This document shows, piece after piece, positions 46,386 through 55,974 of a DNA stretch of 64,000 nucleotides. A program made the position numbers and the translations under genes. Under the pieces are notes generated by a model. That model saw nothing but the letters and a program-made list of their open reading frames with translations, was not told the origin of the DNA and did no database searches. Every line of letters starts with the position of its first letter. The stretch's first letter is position 1. Source of the stretch: Candidatus Fluviicola riflensis (lineage in GTDB: Bacteria > Bacteroidota > Bacteroidia > Flavobacteriales_D > Crocinitomicaceae); contig CP022585.1 in assembly GCA_002243285.1 (NCBI GenBank), positions 1,330,669-1,394,668 of the forward strand. Reading direction: 5' to 3'.

Positions 46386-47231
46386 TTAGTTTCTAAAGAA
46401 TTTCAGCGATAAGCCTACTTTTTGTTTCAGTTCCCGGCGATCCACAATGTAATCAAGGAATCCGTGCTCCAATACAAACTCGGAGGTTTGGAAACCATCT
46501 GGTAAATCGCGGCCAATGGTTTCTTTCACTACGCGTGGGCCCGCAAAACCGATCAATGCTTCCGGTTCAGCAATATTGAGGTCGCCCAGCATGGCGAAAG
46601 ACGCGGTAACACCTCCTGTTGTAGGATCTGTCAAAAAGGAAATATACGGCAATTGTTTTTCGGCAAGCAAACTCAACTTACCAGATACTTTTGCCATTTG
46701 CATCAGCGAGAATCCGGCTTCCATCATCCGCGCACCCCCAGATTTGGAAATGATCATAAACGGTGCGTTCAATTCCAATGCTTTGTCAATAGCCCTGGCG
46801 ATTTTTTCGCCCATTACAGAACCCATGGAACCACCAACGAACGAAAAGTCCATGGCAGCAACCACAAACGGGTGCTCGTCCAATAGGCCATGAGCAGTGC
46901 GGATAGCGTCTGTTAAACCTGTTGTTTTTTGGGTCGTTTTGATTCGATCGGTGTATTTCTTTGTATCGACAAACTCGAGCGGGTCACCGGAAGAAAGTTT
47001 GCTATCCAGTTCCGTGTATTTTCCTTCATCGAAAAGAATCTGGAAGTATTGCTCCGACCCGACCCGTTCGTGATTAGAACAGCGGTCGCAAACCCAAAAG
47101 TTCTTGGACAGATCCTCGGCTGTGAACAATGTTTTACAACGGGAACATTTATTCCAAAGTCCCTCAGGCGTTTCTTTTTTGTCTTTTGTGGAAGTGGTAA
47201 TTCCTTCCTTAGCGCGTTTAAACCAACTCAT
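46386..47231 (-). CDS. accD: Acetyl-CoA carboxylase carboxyltransferase beta subunit
   Basis: It has the N-terminal Zn ribbon CSRC....CDRC, plus FSFVGGSMGSVMGEK and GGARMMEA. Confidence 0.93.
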   Translation of the reverse strand: MSWFKRAKEGITTSTKDKKETPEGLWNKCSRCKTLFTAEDLSKNFWVCDRCSNHERVGSEQYFQILFDEGKYTELDSKLSSGDPLEFVDTKKYTDRIKTTQKTTGLTDAIRTAHGLLDEHPFVVAAMDFSFVGGSMGSVMGEKIARAIDKALELNAPFMIISKSGGARMMEAGFSLMQMAKVSGKLSLLAEKQLPYISFLTDPTTGGVTASFAMLGDLNIAEPEALIGFAGPRVVKETIGRDLPDGFQTSEFVLEHGFLDYIVDRRELKQKVGLSLKFFRN

Positions 47232-47253
47232 GCTTTAATTCGTTAATGCAGTT

Positions 47254-48321
47254 TTATAATGTGTTGATATTATTCAAATCGGCGAAAGCCTGCTCCAATC
47301 GTTTGATAAAAGTCAGCTCTCCCTCGCGAATCCACTTACGCGGATCATAGTGTTTTTTGTTGGGTGAATCGGCACCATCAGGACTACCGATCTGCGTGCG
47401 CAGGTATTCGATTTTCGTTTCTACGTAATCGCGGATTCCTTCAGTGAACGCAAATTGCAAATCGGTATCAATGTTCATTTTAATAACACCGTAACCAATT
47501 GCTTCGCGAATTTCTTCCAATGTTGAACCTGAACCACCATGGAATACAAAATCGACCGGATTGTGTCCTGTTCCGAATTTTTGCTGCACGAAGTCCTGCG
47601 AATTTTTCAAAATCTTAGGCGTCAGTTTCACATTTCCCGGTTTGTAGACACCGTGAACGTTTCCAAAGGCAGCTGCAATGGTAAAACGTGGACTGATCTT
47701 CATCAATTCCTCGTACGCATAAGCGACTTCTTCGGGTTGTGTGTATAATTTAGAGCTGTCTACATCAGAATTGTCAACGCCGTCTTCTTCGCCACCGGTA
47801 ATTCCCAATTCGATTTCGAGGGTCATTCCGATTTTACTCATCCGGGCTAAGTATTCTTTACAAATCTCAATATTCTCTTCGATCGGTTCTTCCGATAAAT
47901 CCAGCATGTGTGAGCTGTACAACGGTTTCCCGGTTTGAGCGAAATGTTCCTCACCGGCAGTAAGCAAACCATCAATCCAGGGCAATAAATTCTTAGCGCA
48001 GTGATCAGTATGCAAAATAACCGTTGCTCCGTAGGCTTCAGCCAATGTATGAATGTGTTTTGCTCCGGAAATACCACCTAAAATGGCTGCTTGTTGATTC
48101 TCATTCGACAAACCTTTTCCGGCAAAAAAATGAGCACCACCATTCGAAAACTGGATAATTACAGGAGCTTTTACCTTAGCAGCTGTTTCCATAACAGCGT
48201 TTACCGTGTTGGAACCTGTAACGTTTACGGCAGGAAGAGCGAAACCTTTTTCTTTTGCATAGTGAAAGATTGCCTGAACTTCGTCACCGGTTGCTACTCC
48301 TGCTTTGATATTGTGTGCCAT
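47254..48321 (-). CDS. fbaA: Class II fructose-bisphosphate aldolase
   Basis: The ATG at 48321 (MAHNIKAGVATGDEV) is chosen because the longer ORF would run into the upstream gene. Motifs are ILHTDHC, FGNVHGVYKPGNV.L and FVFHGGSGS. Confidence 0.93.
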   Translation of the reverse strand: MAHNIKAGVATGDEVQAIFHYAKEKGFALPAVNVTGSNTVNAVMETAAKVKAPVIIQFSNGGAHFFAGKGLSNENQQAAILGGISGAKHIHTLAEAYGATVILHTDHCAKNLLPWIDGLLTAGEEHFAQTGKPLYSSHMLDLSEEPIEENIEICKEYLARMSKIGMTLEIELGITGGEEDGVDNSDVDSSKLYTQPEEVAYAYEELMKISPRFTIAAAFGNVHGVYKPGNVKLTPKILKNSQDFVQQKFGTGHNPVDFVFHGGSGSTLEEIREAIGYGVIKMNIDTDLQFAFTEGIRDYVETKIEYLRTQIGSPDGADSPNKKHYDPRKWIREGELTFIKRLEQAFADLNNINTL

Positions 48322-48409
48322 GTTTCTTTTTTTCTGTTTCGGGCTGTAAATGTAGTGAAATCTGTTCAGAAAACGGGGACAAACAAAGTCATTTTCGCCT
48401 GTTGTTTTA

Positions 48410-51238
48410 CTAGAAAGGAAATCCAATTCCGATATTAAACCGCGGACCGAACGGAGCGCTGATTTTCTTGCGCTGTTCATCTGTAAGCGTGTTTATGCCG
48501 TCATAATATGGCTGCCGCGACTGGAAAATCCATCGGGCACCTTCCGGTAATGCCGGATTGGTGAACGGAACTCCGATATCACAGCGCAGGATGAAGAATT
48601 CAAAATCAAACCGCAAACCATAACCCAGTGCCATTCCCAATTCTTTGTACCATGAGCTGGAAAATTTACTTCCCGGACGGTTTACATCTTCATTATAAGT
48701 CCAGATATTTCCGACATCCATGAATAAGGCGCTCTTCAGGAAACCTGATCCGAGGCGTAATTCGAGTGAAGCGCCCAGGCGAATATCACCGATTTGGGTT
48801 GCGGTTCGATTGGTATCCATGTAATACTGATAAGAACCTGGCCCCAACGTACGTGCTACGAATCCACGGTTATCATTGGCTCCACCAGCGAAAAACGAAT
48901 AATCATACGGCAATGAGGTTGGTGTATTTCCATAAGGAACGCCGATACCGGCCATTGTTCTAAGGGCTAAAATTCGCTGACGTGAAAAGTTGTAGTATGC
49001 GATGAACTTGGTGTCGAACATGACAAATTGTGAATACGCCACCCCAAATGCCATGTGGCGTCCGGTTGTATCCGTTTGCTGTTTGCTTTTACCCAGAGCG
49101 AGTGTGTTTCCGGCGGCATTAAAGGTAGCGTTGAATGTCAATCGCAGTTTATCTGTCCTTTTTTCGTCTTTGTCGCGGTTATCGTAATCGTATACCAGTT
49201 TAAAGTCTTCCCAGATCAGCTGGTCGCTGTAGGCATTGCGCAAAAACAAATCATTGAGTTTATTAATGCGATCTTCAAAAGCGGCGGTTTTCGTTAATCC
49301 GACGAATTTGATTACGGATACAAGCGGAACACCTGCCGAAATGATTTGTGTTTTGCCCACGTACAATTTCCACAGGAAGTTCATCTGGAACACACCTCTT
49401 GTAAAATCGGGCCTTCTCTGGTAATTATAAGCTGTTGAAAGCACCGTTCTCGGACGGGCACGTTTGGGCAATTTCGTAATGTTGATCGGGAAGAAACCTG
49501 GTAAGTCAAACTTGAGTGTCGGCCCGATCTCAAAGGTGTTAAAACTTCGTCCGGATTTTTCCACTTTCTGTCCGTCGATCGTCTCATCGAACACAGGAGG
49601 TTGTGATTCAAAACCACCGCTCAAACTGACTGTTGTTAACCAACCTGCCCTGAAGAGGTTTTTATTGGTGTAATTGACTTCGGCCGAGACTCCTAAAAAT
49701 CCATTGGAGTTGGTTGCCCGTGGCTGGAAACTGTAGCTTTGCTTTTTGGCAGGAACCAGGTAATAATGCACTTCTATTTCGCCACTTCCGGGCACTTCTT
49801 CTATAATTTCGGGTTTGATCACAGAGAACAATCCGAGCTGCAATAATCGATTATAGGTGCGGTCGAAATAATAATCTTTGTACGGATTGGTATATTCGAG
49901 ATAATTCTGCGCCTCCAGCAAGCCTGGTTTTACGAATAGTTCACCATTGTAATGAAAGGTCGCCATACGCAGCGGATTCAGTTCAAGAGAATCTTTCGGC
50001 TTGCCAAACAGATTTTTCTCGACCGCACTTTTGTAAAAGGTCGCTTCCTTGTTACCATCGTCATGATTTTCAACAGCGCGGTAAAGCACGGCGTAATGCA
50101 GCGTATCTACTGTAGGAAGGAAACCGTTTTTCGTATCGAGAACTTCTCCGAATTTGTTTTCGTAAAATGCTTTGAAATTCCCGTCGAATAACGTGGTATC
50201 GCAGATGTGGAAAAAAACGTTCGACACGACGGTAGACTTATGTTTTACCTGGATGAGGCTGTCTTTGTAGAAGGGTGATTTCACTGTTCGATCTGTGAAA
50301 ATGATTTTGAGTGTAATGCTCATCGTGGCACGTGTGGTGTCGGCCCGGTACCGAATATGCTGAGCGCTGAAACCGTAAAACGCATCGTCTTTCATCGCTT
50401 TGGCCACAATGTTCCGGTAAGCATCCAGCTGATCTTCGTCGAACGGAATCCGAAATGGTTTTCCTTTTTCCAGGAAGTCATAGAAATGGTCGTTGAATCC
50501 GAGTTTATCATTGGTTTTCCGCAAAAAACGTTTGGAATAGGATGTTTTCACCAATGAATTATCCGAAACTACTACCAGTGAATCGATGAAATAACGTTCT
50601 CCGGTTGTTATGAAATAGCGCGCGTTGATCTTTTGTTTTTTGCCGCTACCCACTGTATCAAGCACAGCTGTAACAGTATCGTAGAAATAGCCTTTTTTGT
50701 TGAGGTAGATATTGAGCTGTTCCTGCGATTTCCCGAATAGAAACGAGTCTACAATTACCGGCGCTTCCCCGAATTTATATTTGATCCGCTCGCGAATGGT
50801 CAATCTCGGGGTTACGGTGTCTTTCAGCTGAATGGTGCGTTTGTAATAGGTACTATCGCCTTTTGCTGTGGCGCGTGCAATCTTTCGTGTGTTGATCCGG
50901 GTTTCTTTAGCTTTGCGTTTGGCGTTTTTCTCATGGATGTTCTTCAACCTTCTCAATCGTGCCTTTTCTGCTTTTTCAGGGCGGATCATGTTGTAAGCTA
51001 TCAATCGGAATTTAATGCTGGCAGTACTTATATTTGGTTGCTGCCTGAGGATCTCTTTCGCGGCTTCTTCATCTATTTTATCACCCGAAACTTTCAACTT
51101 ATTGTCTTTGAGCAGATATTTACCCTCGGGTACATACTTGGTCACTTTACACTGTACCAGCAGCAATGCTACAATCAATAGCATAATGTGTGGTAAAAGT
51201 CGTGCCAAAAGTTTATATGATCGGGTATGTGAACTCAT
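48410..51238 (-). CDS. BamA/TamA-family outer-membrane protein (Omp85 superfamily)
   Basis: A 942-aa protein with an N-terminal anchor or signal. The C-terminal barrel has FFAGGANDNRGF and a terminal aromatic residue (..GIGFPF). Confidence 0.8.
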   Translation of the reverse strand: MSSHTRSYKLLARLLPHIMLLIVALLLVQCKVTKYVPEGKYLLKDNKLKVSGDKIDEEAAKEILRQQPNISTASIKFRLIAYNMIRPEKAEKARLRRLKNIHEKNAKRKAKETRINTRKIARATAKGDSTYYKRTIQLKDTVTPRLTIRERIKYKFGEAPVIVDSFLFGKSQEQLNIYLNKKGYFYDTVTAVLDTVGSGKKQKINARYFITTGERYFIDSLVVVSDNSLVKTSYSKRFLRKTNDKLGFNDHFYDFLEKGKPFRIPFDEDQLDAYRNIVAKAMKDDAFYGFSAQHIRYRADTTRATMSITLKIIFTDRTVKSPFYKDSLIQVKHKSTVVSNVFFHICDTTLFDGNFKAFYENKFGEVLDTKNGFLPTVDTLHYAVLYRAVENHDDGNKEATFYKSAVEKNLFGKPKDSLELNPLRMATFHYNGELFVKPGLLEAQNYLEYTNPYKDYYFDRTYNRLLQLGLFSVIKPEIIEEVPGSGEIEVHYYLVPAKKQSYSFQPRATNSNGFLGVSAEVNYTNKNLFRAGWLTTVSLSGGFESQPPVFDETIDGQKVEKSGRSFNTFEIGPTLKFDLPGFFPINITKLPKRARPRTVLSTAYNYQRRPDFTRGVFQMNFLWKLYVGKTQIISAGVPLVSVIKFVGLTKTAAFEDRINKLNDLFLRNAYSDQLIWEDFKLVYDYDNRDKDEKRTDKLRLTFNATFNAAGNTLALGKSKQQTDTTGRHMAFGVAYSQFVMFDTKFIAYYNFSRQRILALRTMAGIGVPYGNTPTSLPYDYSFFAGGANDNRGFVARTLGPGSYQYYMDTNRTATQIGDIRLGASLELRLGSGFLKSALFMDVGNIWTYNEDVNRPGSKFSSSWYKELGMALGYGLRFDFEFFILRCDIGVPFTNPALPEGARWIFQSRQPYYDGINTLTDEQRKKISAPFGPRFNIGIGFPF

Positions 51239-51437
51239 CGCAACAAAAGTAACAAAAGCAGGTCAGTGTTTGAAAAGTAAGCGTTAAAAACAGTTATCGT
51301 GTAAGAAATTGTGATATAGTAGGAAATCTGAACGATTAGAGATTGTAAACAGGACTATTTTTCAGCTGCTGTTTTGAATATTCAGCTTACAGTTTTAACC
51401 GCGTACACGCCTCTGGCGCGACTGAAACACTTATTGT

Positions 51438-51449
51438 AGTGTTAACACT
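51438..51449. promoter_or_regulatory. Perfect 12-bp palindrome (possible operator)
   Basis: AGTGTTAACACT lies about 70 nt upstream of the -7 box of the NYN gene. Confidence 0.2.
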
Positions 51450-51518
51450 GGAATTCTTGCCAAATCAACACGAATAATCCGCAACCATTTGAACATTTAC
51501 CACCTAAATTTAAAACCG

Positions 51519-51526
51519 TATCTTTG
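51519..51526 (+). promoter_or_regulatory. -7 promoter box TATCTTTG only 6 nt from the start codon (near-leaderless mRNA)
   Basis: TATCTTTG is at 51519-51526 and the ATG is at 51533. Confidence 0.4.
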
Positions 51527-51532
51527 GGTAAC

Positions 51533-52294
51533 ATGGAATCAACAAAAGAATTAAAATTAGCCGTACTCATCGATGCAGACAATGTTCCTTATGCCAACGT
51601 AAAGGAAATGTTTGAAGAAATTGCGAAGTATGGAACCCCGACTTTTAAGCGCATTTATGCTGACTGGACCAAACCAACCGTTTCGGGCTGGAAGAAAGTC
51701 CTGCTCGAAAATGCCATTACTCCTATACAACAATACAGTTACAGTACCGGTAAAAATGCGTCAGACAGTGCGCTTATTATCGATGCGATGGATATTTTAT
51801 ACACCGGAAAGGTCGATGGATTCTGCATTGTCTCAAGTGATAGTGACTTTACCCGTTTGGCAACACGTTTGCGCGAAGCCGGAATGAAAGTCATCGGAAT
51901 AGGAGAGAAGAAGACCCTGAATCCGTTTATTACTGCGTGCGACAAGTTCATTTACATTGAAATTCTAAAACCGCAAGTTGTTGTTGCTGCTGAAAACGAT
52001 CCGAAGAAAGTAGCCGTTAACACACCGTTGCCTTCACGTGAACCGCTCAGCAAAATTGATCCGGAAATCATCAAATTATTCAATGACAGTATTGTCGATT
52101 TGGCAGATGAAGACGGTTGGGCATTTTTGGGCGAATTGGGCAACCTGGTGCTCAAAAAGAAATCTGATTTCGACCCGCGGAATTATGGTTTCTCCAAGAT
52201 GTTACCACTCATCAAAAGCATGAACACCTTTGAGATTGACGAACGGACAACCAGTAAAAGTCATGTAAAACATATTTATATACGGAAGAAGTAA
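51533..52294 (+). CDS. NYN-domain (LabA-like) nuclease with C-terminal OST-HTH/LOTUS domain
   Basis: LAVLIDADN, IDAMD and FCIVSSDSDFT..A..LRE.G carry the NYN acidic residues. The C-terminal ~70 aa (DEDGWAFLGELGN.....DFDPRNYGF.K...L) matches the OST-HTH pattern. Confidence 0.8.
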   Translation: MESTKELKLAVLIDADNVPYANVKEMFEEIAKYGTPTFKRIYADWTKPTVSGWKKVLLENAITPIQQYSYSTGKNASDSALIIDAMDILYTGKVDGFCIVSSDSDFTRLATRLREAGMKVIGIGEKKTLNPFITACDKFIYIEILKPQVVVAAENDPKKVAVNTPLPSREPLSKIDPEIIKLFNDSIVDLADEDGWAFLGELGNLVLKKKSDFDPRNYGFSKMLPLIKSMNTFEIDERTTSKSHVKHIYIRKK

Positions 52295-52302
52295 CCAATG
52301 AA

Positions 52303-52806
52303 ATGAAAACTAACCTCATTTACAGAACAGCAACATCCGCCGATAAATCGCAATTAATCGAATTGGGAATGTTGGCCTATGGCCAGTTCAAAGACCGGCT
52401 TTCATCCGAAAATTGGGAAGATATGCGACAAGGATTGACCAATGAAGCCAATTGGTACTGGATGTTGGCCAAATCAATTCCTTTGGTTGCTGTGGATGGT
52501 GATCGAATCGCCGGAATGGCATTTCTGTTTCTCAGCGGCAATCCGTGGCAGGTTTATCCGACTGACTGGAGTTATATCCGGTTTGTTGGTGTTCATCCTG
52601 ACTACGAAGGAAAGGGAATCGGAACAAAACTGACGAACTGGTGTGTTGAAAAAGCGCGTGAAGCAGGTGAAAAAACCATCGCACTGCATACTTCCGAATT
52701 AATGCTCGGAGCACAACATATCTACAAAAACATCGGATTTAAACAGATGGAAAAATTACCCGACCGTTTCGGAATCAGCTATTGGCTCTTTCGGATGGAT
52801 TTATAA
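52303..52806 (+). CDS. GNAT-family N-acetyltransferase
   Basis: It has the acetyl-CoA motif VHPDYEGKGIGTKL, a size of 167 aa, and lies 8 nt after the NYN gene. Confidence 0.8.
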   Translation: MKTNLIYRTATSADKSQLIELGMLAYGQFKDRLSSENWEDMRQGLTNEANWYWMLAKSIPLVAVDGDRIAGMAFLFLSGNPWQVYPTDWSYIRFVGVHPDYEGKGIGTKLTNWCVEKAREAGEKTIALHTSELMLGAQHIYKNIGFKQMEKLPDRFGISYWLFRMDL

Positions 52807-52846
52807 TCCAATTGACTTTTTCAAACCAAGTTGCTATTTTTAAGGA

Positions 52847-53380
52847 ATGAAATCGACCATCCTATTTCTGTTTCTAAGCTGTGTTTCGCTGTTTCATGCG
52901 CAAACAAGCGATAGTATTCCCCCGAGAAACAAGCAAATCATCGATACGGTTCTTCTATACGGAAAAGCCATTTCCCCGACTTACCAGGAAGCTGTTTGCA
53001 CCGAGTTTGTGATTGGCGTTTTGAAACATTTCATCACACTGAGTAAGGAAGATGTCGTAAATATCAACATCAATCAACCGCGAAAAAGTATTGAAGATGT
53101 CTACGCTCAAATGGAAAACGGATCTCCGTATCCGAAGGGAGTCGTTCATGCTTTAACCAGCAATGGAAAAGGCGAAGCAATCACAAATCTGGCAGATGTA
53201 AAACCCGGCGATTTTGTCCAGTTTTGGTACTATCGCTCCTGGGGACATTGCGGAATTGTTGAACACATTGACCTGGAGCACAAAGTACTTTATTTATATT
53301 CATCGTTTCCAAGCACCGATGGTTATGGCATTCAGCCCTTTGATATGCCGGAATATTGTTATTTTGTACGATTGAAATGA
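52847..53380 (+). CDS. Secreted hypothetical protein, possible papain-fold (NlpC/P60- or CHAP-like) Cys/His enzyme
   Basis: It has a signal peptide (ILFLFLSCVSLFHAQ). The candidate catalytic residues are Cys in QEAVCTEFV and His in PGDFVQFW...WGHCGIV. The family assignment is a guess. Confidence 0.55.
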   Translation: MKSTILFLFLSCVSLFHAQTSDSIPPRNKQIIDTVLLYGKAISPTYQEAVCTEFVIGVLKHFITLSKEDVVNININQPRKSIEDVYAQMENGSPYPKGVVHALTSNGKGEAITNLADVKPGDFVQFWYYRSWGHCGIVEHIDLEHKVLYLYSSFPSTDGYGIQPFDMPEYCYFVRLK

Positions 53381-53838
53381 TCAGAATCAGAACACATATA
53401 ATTGTATTCTCATGTAGTTTCTTAATGTTGCTCAATTCGTGTGATGATGGTAAAACTACTTTTCAGGTACGTTTTGAAGATGGTTTTCAAGTGGAATCAT
53501 GCAAATGGGTAATGTTGAATGGAGAAATGATTGGCACTGTTGGTGATCTTACATTGGATAAAAACTACAAAGCACTACTCGCTGTCACTATTGATGCTCC
53601 TTATCAAATTCCAATCGATTCTCGTTTTGAACTATCTAGTAGGGATTTTTTAACCAAGATTATTATAATCACACCAGGAAAATCTCGTCGTTTTATTCAG
53701 GAAGGTGCCATTGTTAATGGTCATGGGGAATCACCTTCCGATCCAACCAATCGTTTGAAGGAGAAGGGGGAAACGTTTCTGAAAGATGTTATTCATCTTT
53801 TGGAAGTCATCGATAGTCTTGATACGGATAGTTTATAA
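53377..53838 (+). CDS. Hypothetical lipoprotein
   Basis: The ATG at 53377 shares ATGA with the upstream stop. It has a lipobox LLNSC. Confidence 0.6.
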   Translation: MIRIRTHIIVFSCSFLMLLNSCDDGKTTFQVRFEDGFQVESCKWVMLNGEMIGTVGDLTLDKNYKALLAVTIDAPYQIPIDSRFELSSRDFLTKIIIITPGKSRRFIQEGAIVNGHGESPSDPTNRLKEKGETFLKDVIHLLEVIDSLDTDSL

Positions 53839-53929
53839 TTACTTCAAACACAATTTTATAACCCGCTCATAACCAAATCTCGGGAATTGATGTAATTTTG
53901 CCCGATTAAGTACCTAAAACAACAGTTCA

Positions 53930-55060
53930 GTGAAACGTTTTTTCCGCAGTAAATGGTTTAAGATCCCGATGTACACTTTTACTATTTTATTTGCATTGAT
54001 TGGTTTTTTCCTAACCGGATCATTCATTGCAATCAAATTGGGATGGACCAATGAATCCGGCGCGATTGACACTAATAGCCGGTACTTTCAGGAAATTCAC
54101 GACAAATACAACCAGGGTTTTGAAGTCGATAGCGTAAAAATGGTCGCCTACCGTTATGAAGCGCTCAACCGCATCATTGTATTGAATGATTTCCACCCGA
54201 AAAATGCGCAGTATATTTTAGGTGTATTGGAACAAAACGGCGATGAACGTGAAGTTTTACGAATGCTCGACGCGGTTGACCTGCAACTGAAAGAAAATAT
54301 CCCTTATCAAAAAGCTATTGCCGAACTCAAGTCAAAGCAGAAGTCGCACAAACAAAAAGTGAGTGGACTCAGCGTTTTTGACTGGATGAATATTTCCGAA
54401 TGGCAGGATTTTAAAATTGCCGTTGCCAAAGACAAAGCGCTGATCGATTCTGCGGCACGTGAAACAGGAGTGGAGGCACGTTTGATCGTTGCCTGTTTGG
54501 TAGGAGAGCAAATCCGTTTGTTCAATTCCAATCGCGAAGCTTACAAAAAATGGATCGGGCCACTGAAAGTGCTTTCCGTTGAATCGCAGTTTTCGTTTGG
54601 CGTTACCGGAATCAAGGAACATACAGCCAAAAACATCGAAGGCCATTTGAAAAACCCGAACAGTATTTACTACATGGGCTCCGAATACGAACATTTACTC
54701 GATTTTGTAGCTACTGACACGGCAACAATTGCCGTTGAGCGTATCGAACGGTTGACGAGTTACCGCAATCATTATTACTCATACCTCTACGCAGCGATTT
54801 TCCTGAAACAAGTGAAAGTGCAATGGGAAAAAGCAGGTTATCCGATTGATAGACGGCCTGAAATATTGGCCACGCTGTTTAATGTTGGTTATCCGCAATC
54901 GGTTCCCAAGAAAAATCCGAAAGTTGGCGGTTCAACGATCAAAATCTACGAAAAACCGTATTCCTTTGGCGCCATTGCGTTCCAGTTTTATTATTCCGGC
55001 GAATTGTATGACCTTTTCCCGTTTGAAAAGCGTAAATTCGATTGGGATGAAGAAGCGTAA
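53930..55060 (+). CDS. Hypothetical N-terminally membrane-anchored protein
   Basis: The start is GTG at 53930 or ATG at 53969. It has a single TM helix (FTILFALIGFFLTGSFIAI). I recognise no family. Confidence 0.6.
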   Translation: MKRFFRSKWFKIPMYTFTILFALIGFFLTGSFIAIKLGWTNESGAIDTNSRYFQEIHDKYNQGFEVDSVKMVAYRYEALNRIIVLNDFHPKNAQYILGVLEQNGDEREVLRMLDAVDLQLKENIPYQKAIAELKSKQKSHKQKVSGLSVFDWMNISEWQDFKIAVAKDKALIDSAARETGVEARLIVACLVGEQIRLFNSNREAYKKWIGPLKVLSVESQFSFGVTGIKEHTAKNIEGHLKNPNSIYYMGSEYEHLLDFVATDTATIAVERIERLTSYRNHYYSYLYAAIFLKQVKVQWEKAGYPIDRRPEILATLFNVGYPQSVPKKNPKVGGSTIKIYEKPYSFGAIAFQFYYSGELYDLFPFEKRKFDWDEEA

Positions 55061-55928
55061 TAAATGGATCATTGGTGGAATGTTGGCGTTCGTAAGTATG
55101 ACTTCGTGCGCGCAACCAACTTCGGTAATCGCTGATACAATTCCAACGAGAGACAGCACAACGGTGGTTATCAGCTGGAAGTCATTAGGAGAAGGAATCG
55201 ATTTCTGTGAAACCGACGCTCCGTTCAAATCCATTATCAATGATTCCAAATTGACCATTTTGCGCATCAATCCAACCAAAGTGAATTTTGAATTGTACTG
55301 CGCTACCGGCCTCGACAAAAAAGCACGTACCGTAAAAGAATGGGCTGACACCTTTAATCTGGATATCGTCTTTAATGCCGGAATGTACGATTTGGCCAAC
55401 AAACTGGTGAGTCGCGGTTATTTGAAAAGTGGTAAACATATTAACCAAAGTGCTATTCATCCGACTTTTAATTCCATGCTGGCTTTTCATCCGGTTGATA
55501 GCATGAAAGGAAAATCCTACGATATAATCGACCTGGAATGCACACCGTGGCAAACGGTAAAATCAACGTATCAGGCTTATGCGCAAGGGTTACGTATGCT
55601 GGATTGTGACGGAAACCCAATGAACTGGAAAAAACGCAAGCAATCGTGCAGTATGCTGGTAGCCGCCAAAGACAATGAAGGAAACCTGTTCCTCGTTTTT
55701 ACCCGTTCACCGTATTTGCACAACGATATGATCCGGATTCTGCAGTTGTTTCCGATGAAACTGACTAATGCGATTTACATGGAAGGCGGTCCGGAAACCA
55801 GTTTGTACGTAAATGTAGGCGACACGATGATCGAAAAAGTGGGCAGCTACGTTTCGCAAACCTATGAAAACGATGCCAACGATCATTTTTGGAAATTACC
55901 CAATGTAATCGGCATTCGATTGAAATAA
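55047..55928 (+). CDS. Lipoprotein, phosphodiester glycosidase (DUF2233)-like
   Basis: The ATG at 55047 overlaps the upstream gene by 14 nt. It has a lipobox VSMTSC. FNAGMYD and MEGGPE resemble the DUF2233 family from memory. Confidence 0.55.
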   Translation: MKKRNKWIIGGMLAFVSMTSCAQPTSVIADTIPTRDSTTVVISWKSLGEGIDFCETDAPFKSIINDSKLTILRINPTKVNFELYCATGLDKKARTVKEWADTFNLDIVFNAGMYDLANKLVSRGYLKSGKHINQSAIHPTFNSMLAFHPVDSMKGKSYDIIDLECTPWQTVKSTYQAYAQGLRMLDCDGNPMNWKKRKQSCSMLVAAKDNEGNLFLVFTRSPYLHNDMIRILQLFPMKLTNAIYMEGGPETSLYVNVGDTMIEKVGSYVSQTYENDANDHFWKLPNVIGIRLK

Positions 55929-55974
55929 CCATACAACCTCCGTTACTCGACGACTTATCACTACTTTTGTGATC

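Noticed and set aside
47254-48480. Longer upstream-extended versions of several ORFs: fba to 48480, cphB to 16060, the SDR to 10888, the DUF2233-like gene from 54846, and others.
   Set aside because: The extensions overlap the neighbouring gene and lack homology-like sequence. Internal ATGs give canonical N-termini or signal peptides, so I used the shorter coordinates.
54932-55553. Minus-strand ORFs of 156 and 122 aa within the DUF2233-like lipoprotein gene.
   Set aside because: They are antisense shadows inside a tightly coupled plus-strand operon.
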